A stretch of 64,000 nucleotides of DNA from Perna viridis. Taxonomy: Eukaryota. A program made the translations under genes and the position numbers. Position 1 is the first letter of the stretch, and every line of letters begins with the position of its first letter. Below are positions 51,918-64,000 of the stretch, piece by piece. The DNA is taken from the NCBI GenBank assembly GCA_037379345.1, contig CM074515.1, forward strand, positions 20,770,001-20,834,000. Reading direction: 5' to 3'. Below the pieces are notes generated by a model. It made no database searches. It was not told the origin of the DNA and saw nothing but the letters and a program-made list of their open reading frames with translations.

Positions 51918-52268
51918 AGGGACAAAGACCAGACATGGAAAACAGACATACACAACATAAACCATACATACAAAGTAACCAAAGCAAATGAGCAACTCGG
52001 ACTCCGCTAAAAACTAGGAGCATGGACCAGGTGCACCGGTAGGGTAAGCGTCCTCTGTTTTTTTCTCAAAACACCCACCGAGTTGCTCATAAAAAGTCAA
52101 GTCCGGGGTAGACAAACGAAGAAAGGAAAACTATGACCCGTTGAATTCAGTTTTCATGGTGCAGATGGATACACCATAACGATCCACGAGTTCATGATGA
52201 CAACCATAAAACTTCTGTAGTAAAATGACTTCAATCTTGTAGCAAGATAACTCTGTTCCAGAAGCCTA
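51918..52268 (-). mobile_element. 5'-truncated Penelope-like element 3' end (RT C-terminus plus 3' UTR)
   Basis: 52140-52268 aligns with 8-140; minus strand encodes LLEQSYLATRLKS / LQKFYGCHHELVDRYGVSICTMKTE. Confidence 0.8.
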
Positions 52269-52297
52269 TTTGCGTTGTTATTGCGGAATATACATAT

Positions 52298-52632
52298 ACG
52301 TCTCAGAATGTGACGACTCTATTCGTTATACTGCTCCATCGGATCAAATTGATACAGGGAAGATATGTAAACGTATAGAAAGGTCTGAAAAATTCCCAAC
52401 GATGTTAGTTGCAAATTTTTGGTCGTTCTCTCCGCGGGACTCGAACTCGTACCGCTGTGACATCTATAGCAACACCGCCTGCACAAAGTCCAGCGCCCTA
52501 GACCACTCGGCCAGCTAGGCTATATAAAATATAGCTTTAGCTGGCCGGGTCATTCCTCCTCGTAGGATAAATCTAGGACTGTAACTTAGTGCACGATGTA
52601 TGGTAGTAAGGGACAGTTCATTTAGATGTTAT
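52298..52632 (-). mobile_element. Additional copy of the tRNA-containing element
   Basis: Reverse complement of ~28218-28569 with few differences; abuts TATACATAT. Confidence 0.85.
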
Positions 52633-55600
52633 ATTGTTGAATACCAGGGAACTATGCTAAGTGTTCTCATTACTTCAGTTTCCATTCTGCAGTTTTGCTA
52701 GGTAACGATTACAGAGAAAGAAAACTATTCTGTAATTCGCTGGTGTGAGTGTCGCTGAACTAATTATGAACAATGTTCTTTTGACAAAATCAATTCTTTG
52801 GGAGTATAAATCATATTAAAGAAACCTTCAGAGCAATCAATTGTTCTAACAATCTCAGCGAATTACACTTTGGGAGTACCAGTATTAAGTTTCCGTTTTA
52901 CGATATTATGTATTGGTGCCATTTACAATCTGATCTATGAGGATACTGATACGATGTAATAAGGACTTGTCACTTTATAATGCAAAATGATAAAGTTTAT
53001 CAGTTTGTGAGTAGTAGGCGCATTTGCATCCTACAAGAAGCGAAGCTTACTGGTTGTTAAATACTGTCTGAGATGTATTGGGGTCTGGGACTGAGCATAT
53101 CGTCATAAGATATGAATTTTGTTATGCAAAACAGCATTTTTTTTTTTACAGTTTACGCTACTTGAATATTGAAGCGCAAAACAGTTTATGATCATTAAAT
53201 TATGCACGCATAACGCTGTAAAATACTAAAATCAACCCATGTTATTACAAACATTTACCTCAAGTTCGAAACAAAGCAATTATTAATTCAGGACTTTTTT
53301 TTTTAATTTTGTAATTACATTCGAACTGCAGACTTAAATGTCGTCACACTTCCAAACAAATCAGACATATTGTTAAATATTTGATTAACTATTACTCTTG
53401 CTTTTAAATATGGTTTTGATAAGAGTTTGTTTTAAATAATAATACAGGGGTACTTTAGTAATCCTTTATTTCTTAACTTTTATCTCCAAGCGTCTACAAA
53501 ATAAAATTAAAAACGAATGTGAGTTGAAATTTCCCCCAATGAAGGCCGTAATGCCGAAAATTTGGACCGCATTTATAGTTTTTAATTCGTCTTATTTGTA
53601 TTTTATTTGTATTTAGTTTCCTTTTACCTTTTAAATGGGGATGTTTACTCATTTGTTTTTCTTATTCCAAATACAGACCAACTTCAATCGCTCAAACGCG
53701 AATGGCTCAAACACTTTGGATTTCTCGAACACAAATCAAAATACAGTGAAACCTGTCTGTACGAATTATTTCGTACATGTAGATTGTTTTTCAAAATTAT
53801 TTAAAAAAAAAAACATAAACTCTAATGCTTAATTCCTTGTCTTGCATATGTTACTTCTTGGTGCTTCTTGGGACTGTCTATTTCAGTTTGTTTGGTGAGA
53901 AATCTTTTCTTGTTGATATTTTATTTTTTATCGCGATCTTCCTATACAATTGGTTTTAATCCTTTTAATTCTACTGATAAGAAGTTACTTCTTAAAACAT
54001 GCATACAGCGTATCGCATTTTTTAAAAATAAGATCGGCATTTTCATTATTAGAATACTTGAAAAAGTACGAATATTCTGGTAGTCTCAAATTGCATTTTT
54101 TTTATTATTCATATCTTTTACCTAGACATATCTAATCGTCATTTATAGTTGCCACCATTTATAATCTATTTAACCGTTTTTCAACGAAGAGCCTTCCAAA
54201 AATATAATTTAATAGAAGGCGAAGTCCTCATATTGGTAGTCAATGCCAATTTAAACTTTGACCTTAGAAGCACTGTGAACCCGATTTTAGGTTGACAGGA
54301 AGTTGTAATACCAAGTGTAATATAAAGGAAGGATCTTTTTAGTTTCGTATCTTTAACAACATTACATTTTCATCAATCTCGGGTCTTAAACAATTTAAAA
54401 TGTTATGTATTTTTTTTCCGTACCAAATAAACGGTAAAATAAATGTAACTTGATGTGCAACCTACAGAATGCTGAAACTTTTGACCATATGTTATAAAAT
54501 GTCAGCTATAATCCAGTAAATACGAAACTACTCTATTTTGCTATCTTAAGTTAATAATGGGGGAAGTTTATCACAGGACAAATTATATTTTTAGTTGGAA
54601 ATATCCTGATTGATTTTACTGCCTCTTAGTTGCGCGTTACATTGACGGAATGATAGTTTATGGCTTAGATTATTGTGTCTCGGAAGAATAATTATTGCCA
54701 CAAATATGATAAAGAAGCCCACTATCATGCAAGATTCTTCTGTTTAAATAGCGCACTTTTTGTTGTTTGCATTGTTAATATCTGATATTACAACTTGCTG
54801 CGACGCTCGATGGAGAAATAATGCAACTGGAACAAAATGAGTGGTTTTTTAACAAAAAACCTTGAATCTTATTTCAAGGACAGAAAAATCTATCCGGTTC
54901 ACGTCTTTTTATAGCCAAGAGAGGTTCATGTTAAGCATTGACTTTGTTCCAATATTACATCTACATCTTTTATAAACAATATATATTCCTAAAAAAAACT
55001 ATTCGCTTTATTAATTGTAAATATTGCATACATTTTGTAATAGTCACAAACAATCTTAGTTTAGTTTGAACATATTCATGAAAAAGTACAAATATAACGA
55101 GAATATGGGTATGGTGAATATGTCAACGAGTTACCAACCTTACCGGGATGAAAAATGTCAGCTTAATGCCATCTATTGGTTTTCAATGAGTGAAGAGGAA
55201 ACCCTCATATCACATGGCAGGCTGCCGCTGGCTCCAAAACAACATTATATAAAGGTACAGAGATCGAAAAGGTTGTCCCCAAATACTCCAGCAACATAAA
55301 AAAGACTGAAACTGAAAACGAAACAATACATACAAATTCTTTGCATTCGGAGTTGAGAGCCGCGGTACATCATGTCATACAATAAGGACACAACCCATGT
55401 CCTGCCGAAAACTACTTTTAAATATTATGTGTTAATTTCTATGTGAATACCCTAACATGCTATCTATAACGATTTGACAACAATATCATAACTATATCAC
55501 ATACGAATTAACCTATGAAACGGTTTAGTTAACTTATTAAGTGAGTATTGAGCTTTCTGTGCTTTGTGAAGAATTTTGTCAAAGTGTTGGGCGGGAGATA

Positions 55601-56268
55601 CCCTTATGCATTAATTGTTAACAAGTACATCTGTATTTGGGAATGAATTCTTTGTATCAGGGAAAACATTTTGTGTAAGATTTTACGAGTTTGTAATATC
55701 AAAAACCTTGATGTAGTAATTTCTCTTTTATATAAAAATTCCTTTCATTAAAATCCGAAAAAAAAATTGTTACGGATACTAGCAAATCACACCAACTGTG
55801 ATATGTAAACACTATATGATGGTGTCAAGGGGACATCACCATCTTAAAGCGCTAAGTTAACGACAGGGCACGAAAAATTACCCCTTTTTTTCTAAATTTT
55901 AGTATTAAGTTTACCATTATTGATATGAATACTAAGATCAAGGAACATACATTCTTCACGTTATTCAAAGAAATTTCTGCAAGTCAAAATGTCGTCAAAA
56001 TGTCTGAAGGTGTTGTTAAATTTTCCTAACAGATGTTGTTTGTAAGAGTTTTTAATTATTCTTTACGTAAACTATTATTCGTAACAGAGTCCGCAATAAG
56101 TGGTGGATAACTGGTCCCCATGGGATCCAAAGTAATGCAGAACATAACAATTAAACATGATTGAAAAGATCAGGAAACAACTCGCCGCTTTAACAAGTTT
56201 ATCTAACGTTTTATATAATACACTTAATGCTCTGATAAATAATCAAATGTTATAGAATAACATTACAA

Positions 56269-56342
56269 AAAATTGTATACAATATAGATCAGTGGAATGG
56301 ATAAAATTGTATACAATATAGATCAGTGGAATGGATAAAATT
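56269..56342. repeat. 34-bp tandem duplication
   Basis: AAAATTGTATACAATATAGATCAGTGGAATGGAT twice. Confidence 0.9.
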
Positions 56343-56902
56343 AATTCAAAATGAATATGAGAATAGTAAAATGTGGGGGAAAGTGATAAATGAATAAATA
56401 AGTAAAAATAGGTTGCAAGACATTTGTTAAATTTTCTGCTCTTTAGAATAAATTTCTGTACCATCATTACATTCATCATTTAGCGGATTTGACCCGAAAA
56501 GAAATAATTCATTGTTTAAAATGACTGGCATTTTCGGTGTAAATATTGTTTCATTTCCAAGTTCTTTATATTTAGTGCAATTTAATGAAAAAAAATAATA
56601 AATTGATTCAATACCACATCAAATATAATTGATGAATTTACCAGAAGACGGTAAAAATAACTGTTCATTTAATGAACTGCATTCGCAGTCTACGTGTTAC
56701 AAACAAGTTAAACAAACTTCTGTTTATTTTTATATACAAATATTCAAAATATTTTGATTTCAACAGAATTAAATGTTTTATTCAAGATTTTATTACAGTT
56801 AAGTGTTTTACCGCGTAAAAATATATAAAACAATACCTTATTCTTATGTACCAATTAAATGAGACTAAAAACTTGATTTTTTTTTTTGTGTGTACTATCC
56901 TT

Positions 56903-57141
56903 CGGAAACCAGACAACTCGGGCCCAGGACCATTCGGCCCGTGTCTCCGGTCCACTCCGACTGTATATTCAGGGACTCGGACCATCATAAAAGACAACTC
57001 GGACCGTCATATAAGACAATTTCAGCCCGTGTTGAATGAGTGCTATGACCGTTTTTAACGATTCTTTGGATACTACAATCAAGCCAAGGCAAGGAAATTG
57101 TATTTGGGACCCAGTCAATGGAACAAGACAACTCGGCCCGT
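56903..57141 (+). repeat. DNA-transposon end fragment with AGACAACTCGG repeats
   Basis: AGACAACTCGG at ~56910, ~56992 and ~57126. Confidence 0.45.
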
Positions 57142-57415
57142 GCTATCGATATCCTTGTCTATGAATTTAGACAGTAAACGTCCGTCACAAAAATCTCAGC
57201 AACTTCAATGGAGTTGATTTTATATTGTGCAAAAATCTCAATCAAATTTTGTTTGAACGGTCATTTATGTTAATGTTAGAAATCATATTTAAGCTTGTAA
57301 GGTCACGCCATATGTTGCCGTTGAAAGATACCTTTAAATTCCGAATTGATTTATCAAAATAAAAAAGAGTCAATAATTATAAGTGATTTATAACTTTATC
57401 TGTCACAAACTGAAG

Positions 57416-57433
57416 ATGGCTGATGGTGACGTG
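57416..57433 (+). CDS. Candidate first coding exon of the SK channel (MADGDV)
   Basis: AAGATGG start context, then ATG GCT GAT GGT GAC GTG|GTAAGT, a phase-0 donor compatible with the phase-0 acceptor at 60411. Confidence 0.5.
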
Positions 57434-60410
57434 GTAAGTTTTAACGTTTTTATATTTAGATGTTGTTTTTATCTATACTGTGATAATCAAAGGTAAATAT
57501 ACTGCAATCAAAATATAAAACTATTTACAATTTGTTAATTCTTATTAAGTGTGTATGAGTCGCAAAATATATCTTTGCGCTTGTAGAGAAATGTTTTGAA
57601 TGATCACATCAAACAGAGGTATCATCGATGTAAAACTTGAAAGTCTATGCATCGCGGCGTGTTAAATGATTTTATGACACAACGGTCAATGGCAACATGC
57701 AAAAGTTTAATAAATTTTTATACTTTTTTTGTTCTTTGTTTATTTCCAATTTTTTAAAAGAATTCATTGATGAACATTAATGATTCCACTGAACAAAATT
57801 AGCCCGCAATATTTTTATCAAAATTGTGGAATACATTCTTATTGTCATTTTATACAATCTAGAGAATACAGCATGTTATACCATCTATATACACGTGTAT
57901 GACACAAGATGTACTTGAGTCGATGCTACTGTTTTAAAAGAATAAATTGAATACGAGAAATTCATTTAAGTCTTCTGCAAATTAATAGATCGTTACATAC
58001 CTCACACTTCAGTATATTTCTCACTGAAATATCCGCTTTAATATAAATCATTTGAATATCCAATGTGATTTGTATGTTTGCTATTGTTAAATTTTATTAT
58101 TACATACATGTACATGTGACGTCACAATACATTTATGGGAGGAGACCTACAAAAGCCTCTTTTGATCGAAGTTGTGTGATGACTTCTAATATTATAAGAC
58201 TTAATTCTCTTGAAAACCAAAACGACATTTTTTTTTGGCTGTTTGAGCTATCATGAAAACGTTAATGGCAAGAAACATACTTTCAAACGATGAATGCCCA
58301 GTTCTTTACTTCTACATTACAACTTAATCTGCCATGTTCGATATTTAAAACAATTGAAACATTTCACTACAGTATTTACACTGCATTTTGATCTTTTTTA
58401 ATTTAAAATGGGGCAAATAAAATGTCGGTAATATCCAAATTATACCTATCAATAAATTGACGCTTTTTCGTGTAACAAACAGATTCATTTGGGTATCGCT
58501 TATTTACATTTCCTTAATTGAAAATACGATGAACGTGTGGAGAATGTTCCTAAATCAGTTACAATACGGAGTTTATTGTATGTAATTGATGTTATTTATA
58601 TGATTCACCTTCAATCGAATTTTTCTCGGACAAAGCACAACGGATCGGTGTTATTTCATACAAATGCTTTTTAAACATTACATGGATTGAAAAAAAAAAA
58701 ACGAGAAATTTTGCTGACAAAAAAATTATTTTTGACTTTTTATATTTCTTTTCATATTTTTTAACTTGTTCGTCATTTCGATATCAAAACTATTGCCATT
58801 GAAAAACGAAATAAAAAATCAAGCTTTTGTATTTCTCGTGCTTGTACTATTATCATGGGCTGGCCTGTCTTTAAGGTAGAGAACATTTAAAAAAGGTAGT
58901 TTTCGGAATTGTAAATATTGAGCAGTATGCATATTCGCAAATCATACCTACAAGTAAAAAGATTAACGGCAGTTTTGTAATTGATACTGAAAATGACACG
59001 GTAAGGTTGTTAATAAATAATTATGTAGATCTCTTTTATTCAAAATATCCAAACTAAGGTTTATTTGTTTACGAACAACTTTAAAACATCGAAAGTTTGA
59101 ACGCGCAAATCTACCCAAGCTTCTATAATTAATGTAAATTAAATAATAAATGCACCGGTGCCTAAATACCACAACCTTATTAAATTTTCGATCGTCGCTC
59201 GTTTTAGCATGAGTTTCAGCTTTTTGAGTTCATAAAATTGATACTGTGTTGTTAAAAATCTGACTTTTAGAATGCTTAAATTTATTATAACATTAGAACC
59301 TCTGATTTTTACATCTTTTTAGTGTAAGACGCAAGGGACTTCTTATATTACTGGGTAAAGATTGAATATCCGCGAAAAGTTTGAAGGCATTGAACATTTT
59401 TTCGAGTTCTCTACAAATTTCATTAGAGAAATTGGTAATCGTGTATTACAGTCTTGATTAAAATTATTTCCCAGCTACCTTCCTGAGAGAGTATATATAT
59501 CTACATTGTTGTTTCTGTTAAACAAATGGGCCCGTATCATTCTAATCTGATTTGTTAGCAGACATTTTATACACTTAATGAACAACGTATACTCTGGAAT
59601 ATGAATATAAAAAAGCTGATTTTCTAATCGACAACACAATTGCAAAAAATGATGGACGTTTTCAACTAACTTAAATGCATTTCTATTGGAATGAACTTTA
59701 ACCTCCTCCTACTCGCAAATCTGTTAATCTGCATTTATAGCATATCTTCTTGAAAGTAACGACGAGTGTTTGGCATAGTCATTTTATTTAATTTTCCATA
59801 ATTGATGATGAATTGTCATTCAAAAGCATCGATTTTAGATTTGTTCTTAACCCATCTGCCCGAATAAGCTTGAGCACAGCGTTAATTCCACAACGTATCT
59901 TGAAATACATTTGAAATACATTTAACATTCGACGGTGGAAGAAAGGTGATGACGAAAATAAAAGCGAAATAACTAAACATCCCATATCGTGTACTTTTAA
60001 GATACAAAATTTTTAAATTTTGTCAGTTCCTGTGTATAGATGTTTTTCTCTCAAATGCACATTTTCTGTATTATTTGAAATATCATAAAGATAAGCATGC
60101 TAAAACTTCTTTTGGATTACAACCTTCCTTTCAAAACATGCGCCAGCGCGAACCTGACGAACGATATAATATGCCCGTCTCAATTATGATGAGACGTTCG
60201 ATTCCTTAGAATAATAAATTATGGTATTCCAGCGTAAAGATTTCATTGTGATAATGCCATAGAATTAGCTTGAATACAAGAAGTGTAGTTAGTGTTTTTT
60301 TAATTCCTGCATCACTTTCATTTAACTCTAAAACATTAAGTAAAATTCCAGTATTTTCTAGCTATAAGGTGCTTTAACCTTTTTAGTTAACATATATTTC
60401 TACCTTTCAG

Positions 60411-61796
60411 GATAGAATAAGGGGTAGTACAGTTATAGAGGATCCGGGTATTCCCCTTGTGAACAGGAACGGAAAGTATAATAAATACGTTGATGAAAAC
60501 ATGAGTGAAAGTAACGCAGATCTGCCGGTCTTAAGTACTGGAGGTGGAAAGTTTGAAAATATAAGTTACCGGCTTAATAGACGAAAATTACTGATTAGAA
60601 GACGGCGCGTGTGTGTCAACTTCGAATGTGCATTGGCGTTAATCGGAATAATTGTAATGATGATCGAAAACGAATTGGTTTTTCAGGACAAAATTAGTAA
60701 AAACAGGCTAGAATCTTTGGCTTTGAAAGGAGTTATATCTGTAACAACATTTTTCCTCTTGATTGCAGTAATCATATACCATAAACTTGGAATCCAGCTT
60801 ACAATGACTGACAATAGTTTAGAGGACTGGCGACTTGCAGTGAACTTTCCATCTACGTTTTTGAAAATACTAATTGAGCTTCTAGTGGTTGCTATCCACC
60901 CGTTACCTTGCAAAATAATGACTAATTACGTTGGTCCTAAAGGAGAAGTGCAGAAAGTTTCACTTGACGCTATATTTTCCATTCTGATGTTGATGAGATT
61001 TTACTTGATAGGAAAATTTTTGGTTGTACATAGTCGACTGCTTACGAACACGGCAACGCAAAGTCTTGGAGCACTTAACAAGGTAAAAATTAATACTGTT
61101 TTCATTTTCAAAGCATTGATGTCGACAAACCCTGGAACAGTTCTCATTCTTATCATGCTTGGTATACTGCTATCAAGTACATGGGCGATGCGGACTTGCG
61201 AAATATACTACCATCCTGACCCTGAGCATTCGCATTTTCTGAACTGTATGTGGATGATCGCCATAACGTTTTTGACGGTTGGATATGGTGACATTTATCC
61301 TAATACATATTGTGGTCGGTTTGTTTCAGTTTCTACTGGTCTTATGGGAGTAGGAACAACCGCGTTACTTGTTGCTGTATTAGCTCAAAAGTTAGAACAG
61401 TCCAGAGCGGAAAAATATGTCCATAACTTTGTGTCTAGGGCCCAGCTTGACAAAGAAAGAAAACATGCGGCATCCGACGTCATAAAATACGTCATCCAGT
61501 TGTGGCGATTGAAACGTAATGAAAATATAAATGATAGGACAAGAATTCGTTTACATGGCAAACTGTTACAAGCAATATCAAACATGAGGGAAGCAAAAAA
61601 TGAAAAAGCGTCAATTGGAGAAAGTGCAATCGGGGTTATCGAAATTTCTAAAGCTGTAAATGATGTTTATGGTTTAGTTGAAGACTTGCAAGATTCTAAC
61701 TGTGAACTTAAAAAACAGGTCAACAGCATGGAAACCCAACTCCTAGATATGGCTACTAAAATGGATAGACTTTATTCAACCCTTGCAAAGAGATAA
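60411..61796 (+). CDS. KCNN: Small-conductance calcium-activated potassium channel (SK/KCa2-KCa3 family), entire core in one exon
   Basis: S1-S6 helices, LEDWRLA and AIHPLP motifs, S4 LMRFYL, pore WMIAITFLTVGYGDIYPNTYCGR, S6 GLMGVGTTALLVAVLAQKLE, CaMBD AEKYVHNF...LLQAI, and C-terminal coiled coil. Acceptor TTCTACCTTTCAG| at 60410 with an open frame DRIRGSTVIEDPGIPLV; first internal ATG at 60501; stop TAA at 61794-61796. Confidence 0.96.
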   Translation, partial: DRIRGSTVIEDPGIPLVNRNGKYNKYVDENMSESNADLPVLSTGGGKFENISYRLNRRKLLIRRRRVCVNFECALALIGIIVMMIENELVFQDKISKNRLESLALKGVISVTTFFLLIAVIIYHKLGIQLTMTDNSLEDWRLAVNFPSTFLKILIELLVVAIHPLPCKIMTNYVGPKGEVQKVSLDAIFSILMLMRFYLIGKFLVVHSRLLTNTATQSLGALNKVKINTVFIFKALMSTNPGTVLILIMLGILLSSTWAMRTCEIYYHPDPEHSHFLNCMWMIAITFLTVGYGDIYPNTYCGRFVSVSTGLMGVGTTALLVAVLAQKLEQSRAEKYVHNFVSRAQLDKERKHAASDVIKYVIQLWRLKRNENINDRTRIRLHGKLLQAISNMREAKNEKASIGESAIGVIEISKAVNDVYGLVEDLQDSNCELKKQVNSMETQLLDMATKMDRLYSTLAKR

Positions 61797-64000
61797 TTGC
61801 AATATTCTAGAAATTTAAACCATTACTTTTAATCTCCGTAGGTTGATTTAAATAATTTGCTTCATAAACGGGGTGCCATGGATTACGTTAGAATTACAAT
61901 TTACCGAGTCAAACTTACCCAGGTCATACTTTAACAGGCAAATATTCCACAGATTTGATACGGTGCACTAGGCAACAACAACAAAAAAATACACCACTTC
62001 ATCCAAGTTTCAAATATTTTATCAAATCTGTTTAAATAGTGAAATATTCGAAGCATCTGTTTGACACTTACAAAAAGACATTGAAGAATTACTGCTTCTG
62101 TTTTGGCAATAGGGGATTTCATCGAAAGCGAAAATAGGTTAGAAATAGTCTGTATTTAGTCACTTATAAGATTATTGACTATGAAAAAAGTCTATCACTT
62201 AACTGCTGAAGAGAAGTATTTTCGTTTTTTTTCCTTCACTTTTTTTACAAAGCGACTTCATTTCATTCATGGCTTATTTTTGAGTGAAAATATCAATTTT
62301 TCAAAAATCTGAGCTGAAAATTGGAAAGCTTCATTTTCAAAGATGTATTCCAACATCAAAATATAAAATGTTCAGTTCATTTTAATTGCTATTTTTTAAA
62401 AGGTACAGTCAAACCTATTGTTAGTACCATTCCATAGGAGAGCACAATGTTGGTCATATAAAACAGGGATCTTTATTTAAACATTAAATTTACTTAGACC
62501 ATACTGCAAAGGAATATTTTAATCATATTCTATTGAGAAAGAATATTACTGAATACACGTGGTTGCTTAGAAATGTATTTGCGTCTGTAATGTATATTCC
62601 AAAGTAATTAATAGAAGTTTTGCATGTTTTTTTTTGTTGTTGTTAAGAATTAACCAATTAATTACACTACTTATTTTTGTATAGAAATGTCAATACTTCG
62701 TAAACTGGTCATTTTGAAATTACAGCCATGCAATACGAATTCAAAGCTATACAAAACTACGTATCACTGCAACGTCAGTATAGAATAAATTAAATTGATA
62801 CACATTTCTTAAAGTGATATATTCATTTTTTCTCTACAAGAGACATTTGTAATATTTGTTTCATCATCCAGCAATATTGTTAGTAAACGTACCACTATTA
62901 TTTCTATTAATTGAACTTGTGAAATGGCTTTTTTTGTTTCAATAACAAATTTGAACGGCATTAAGTGTTGCCTGAGGGCCATTTCGGGCATTTTTGAACT
63001 TTTTAAATACCGCTGACATGTTTCAGTGCTAAAAGAAAAGGCCGTGTATTTATACTATAAAAACATATTTCCTCGTTTTTTAAATAGAAGAAGTCCGATA
63101 AATGAACTTGAAATGTACTCTTACAATTGTTATTATTTCCCGAAAAGAGCAATGTTTCCCTAATAACTGATTTATTGTCTGATATAGGTAGAATGGTATT
63201 TCATAATAATTACATTGGATTAATTGATCAGACTTAAAATACTCGTAGTCACATTACGGTTGATTGGCTCTGAACATGTCTATACGTTGAAATTAGAGTA
63301 AAGTAAGTTTACACAAACCTGTTCTATTTTGTAAACAAGCAAGACCGTTAAACATACACGACATACTTTAGTATGTATTTTTATTTATATCTGTACCTTT
63401 TTGAACATACTTATTGTTTACTGGGTATTGAGAAATGTAATGGATTTTCAATTTCTATTACAAGTTGGGTCAGGGAATAAAATTAAGGCAGTTTCCGTGC
63501 TTTAGTCGATGGGATTATACTTTTTTCTATAAAGAGGTTTATTATAAACAAAGTCAAAGTTTGGAGGTATATCGTTATTGTTTTGTCTATTAATGTATTA
63601 ATAGAAGTTTCGGCACTAAATATAGATTTAATTGAAACAAGATCAATATTGTGCAGTAATTATTAATGAAGAGAATTCGACTTGAATGTTTAAAATGCTG
63701 CAAGCGGAAACGCCAACCTGCATAGTTCTTGTTTAAATTCTATATTAATTCTAGCTATTTCTTTAATATGATCATAATATCAGTGTTTACCTTATGTTAT
63801 TTGTTTGGTTCAGTGAGTCTAAAACCTCACGAAATTACAACAGAAAGTTAATTCTAGGTATTCTTTAACATGTTTATTTTTCAACTGAACTTGAATCATG
63901 TATAATTGTATAACACTAGTATTGGGGAAATGTCTTATTGCACATTGCAGAGTGTCACTTTTATTCTGTGTTGTAAACTTATATTATATCAGACATTTAG

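Noticed and set aside
60459-60461. GTG start of the SK ORF given by the ORF track
   Set aside because: Eukaryotic gene; the frame is open back to a splice acceptor at 60410, so the start is in an upstream exon or at ATG 60501.

Overview
AT-rich, repeat-dense animal genomic DNA; the repeat families (Naiad/Penelope-type RT, Helentron-type HINEs, many MITEs) suggest a bivalve mollusc (inference). One clear host gene is present: a small-conductance Ca2+-activated K+ channel (KCNN/SK family). Its whole S1-S6/pore/calmodulin-binding region lies in one exon (60411-61796, +), probably joined to one or more short upstream first exons. The main structural feature is a ~19-kb terminal-inverted-repeat element (451-19504) with 26-bp palindromic subterminal arrays and a TA target duplication. 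It is inserted exactly in the YIDD catalytic motif of a Penelope-like reverse transcriptase, which fixes its ends. It carries a spliced Myb/SANT (trihelix-like) DNA-binding gene and many nested MITEs/SINEs, but I can see no transposase. The remainder is intergenic or intronic sequence with HINEs, non-autonomous TIR elements, a tRNA-containing element in tandem/inverted arrangement, LINE remnants and simple repeats. All calls come from reading the sequence by eye; no searches were run.
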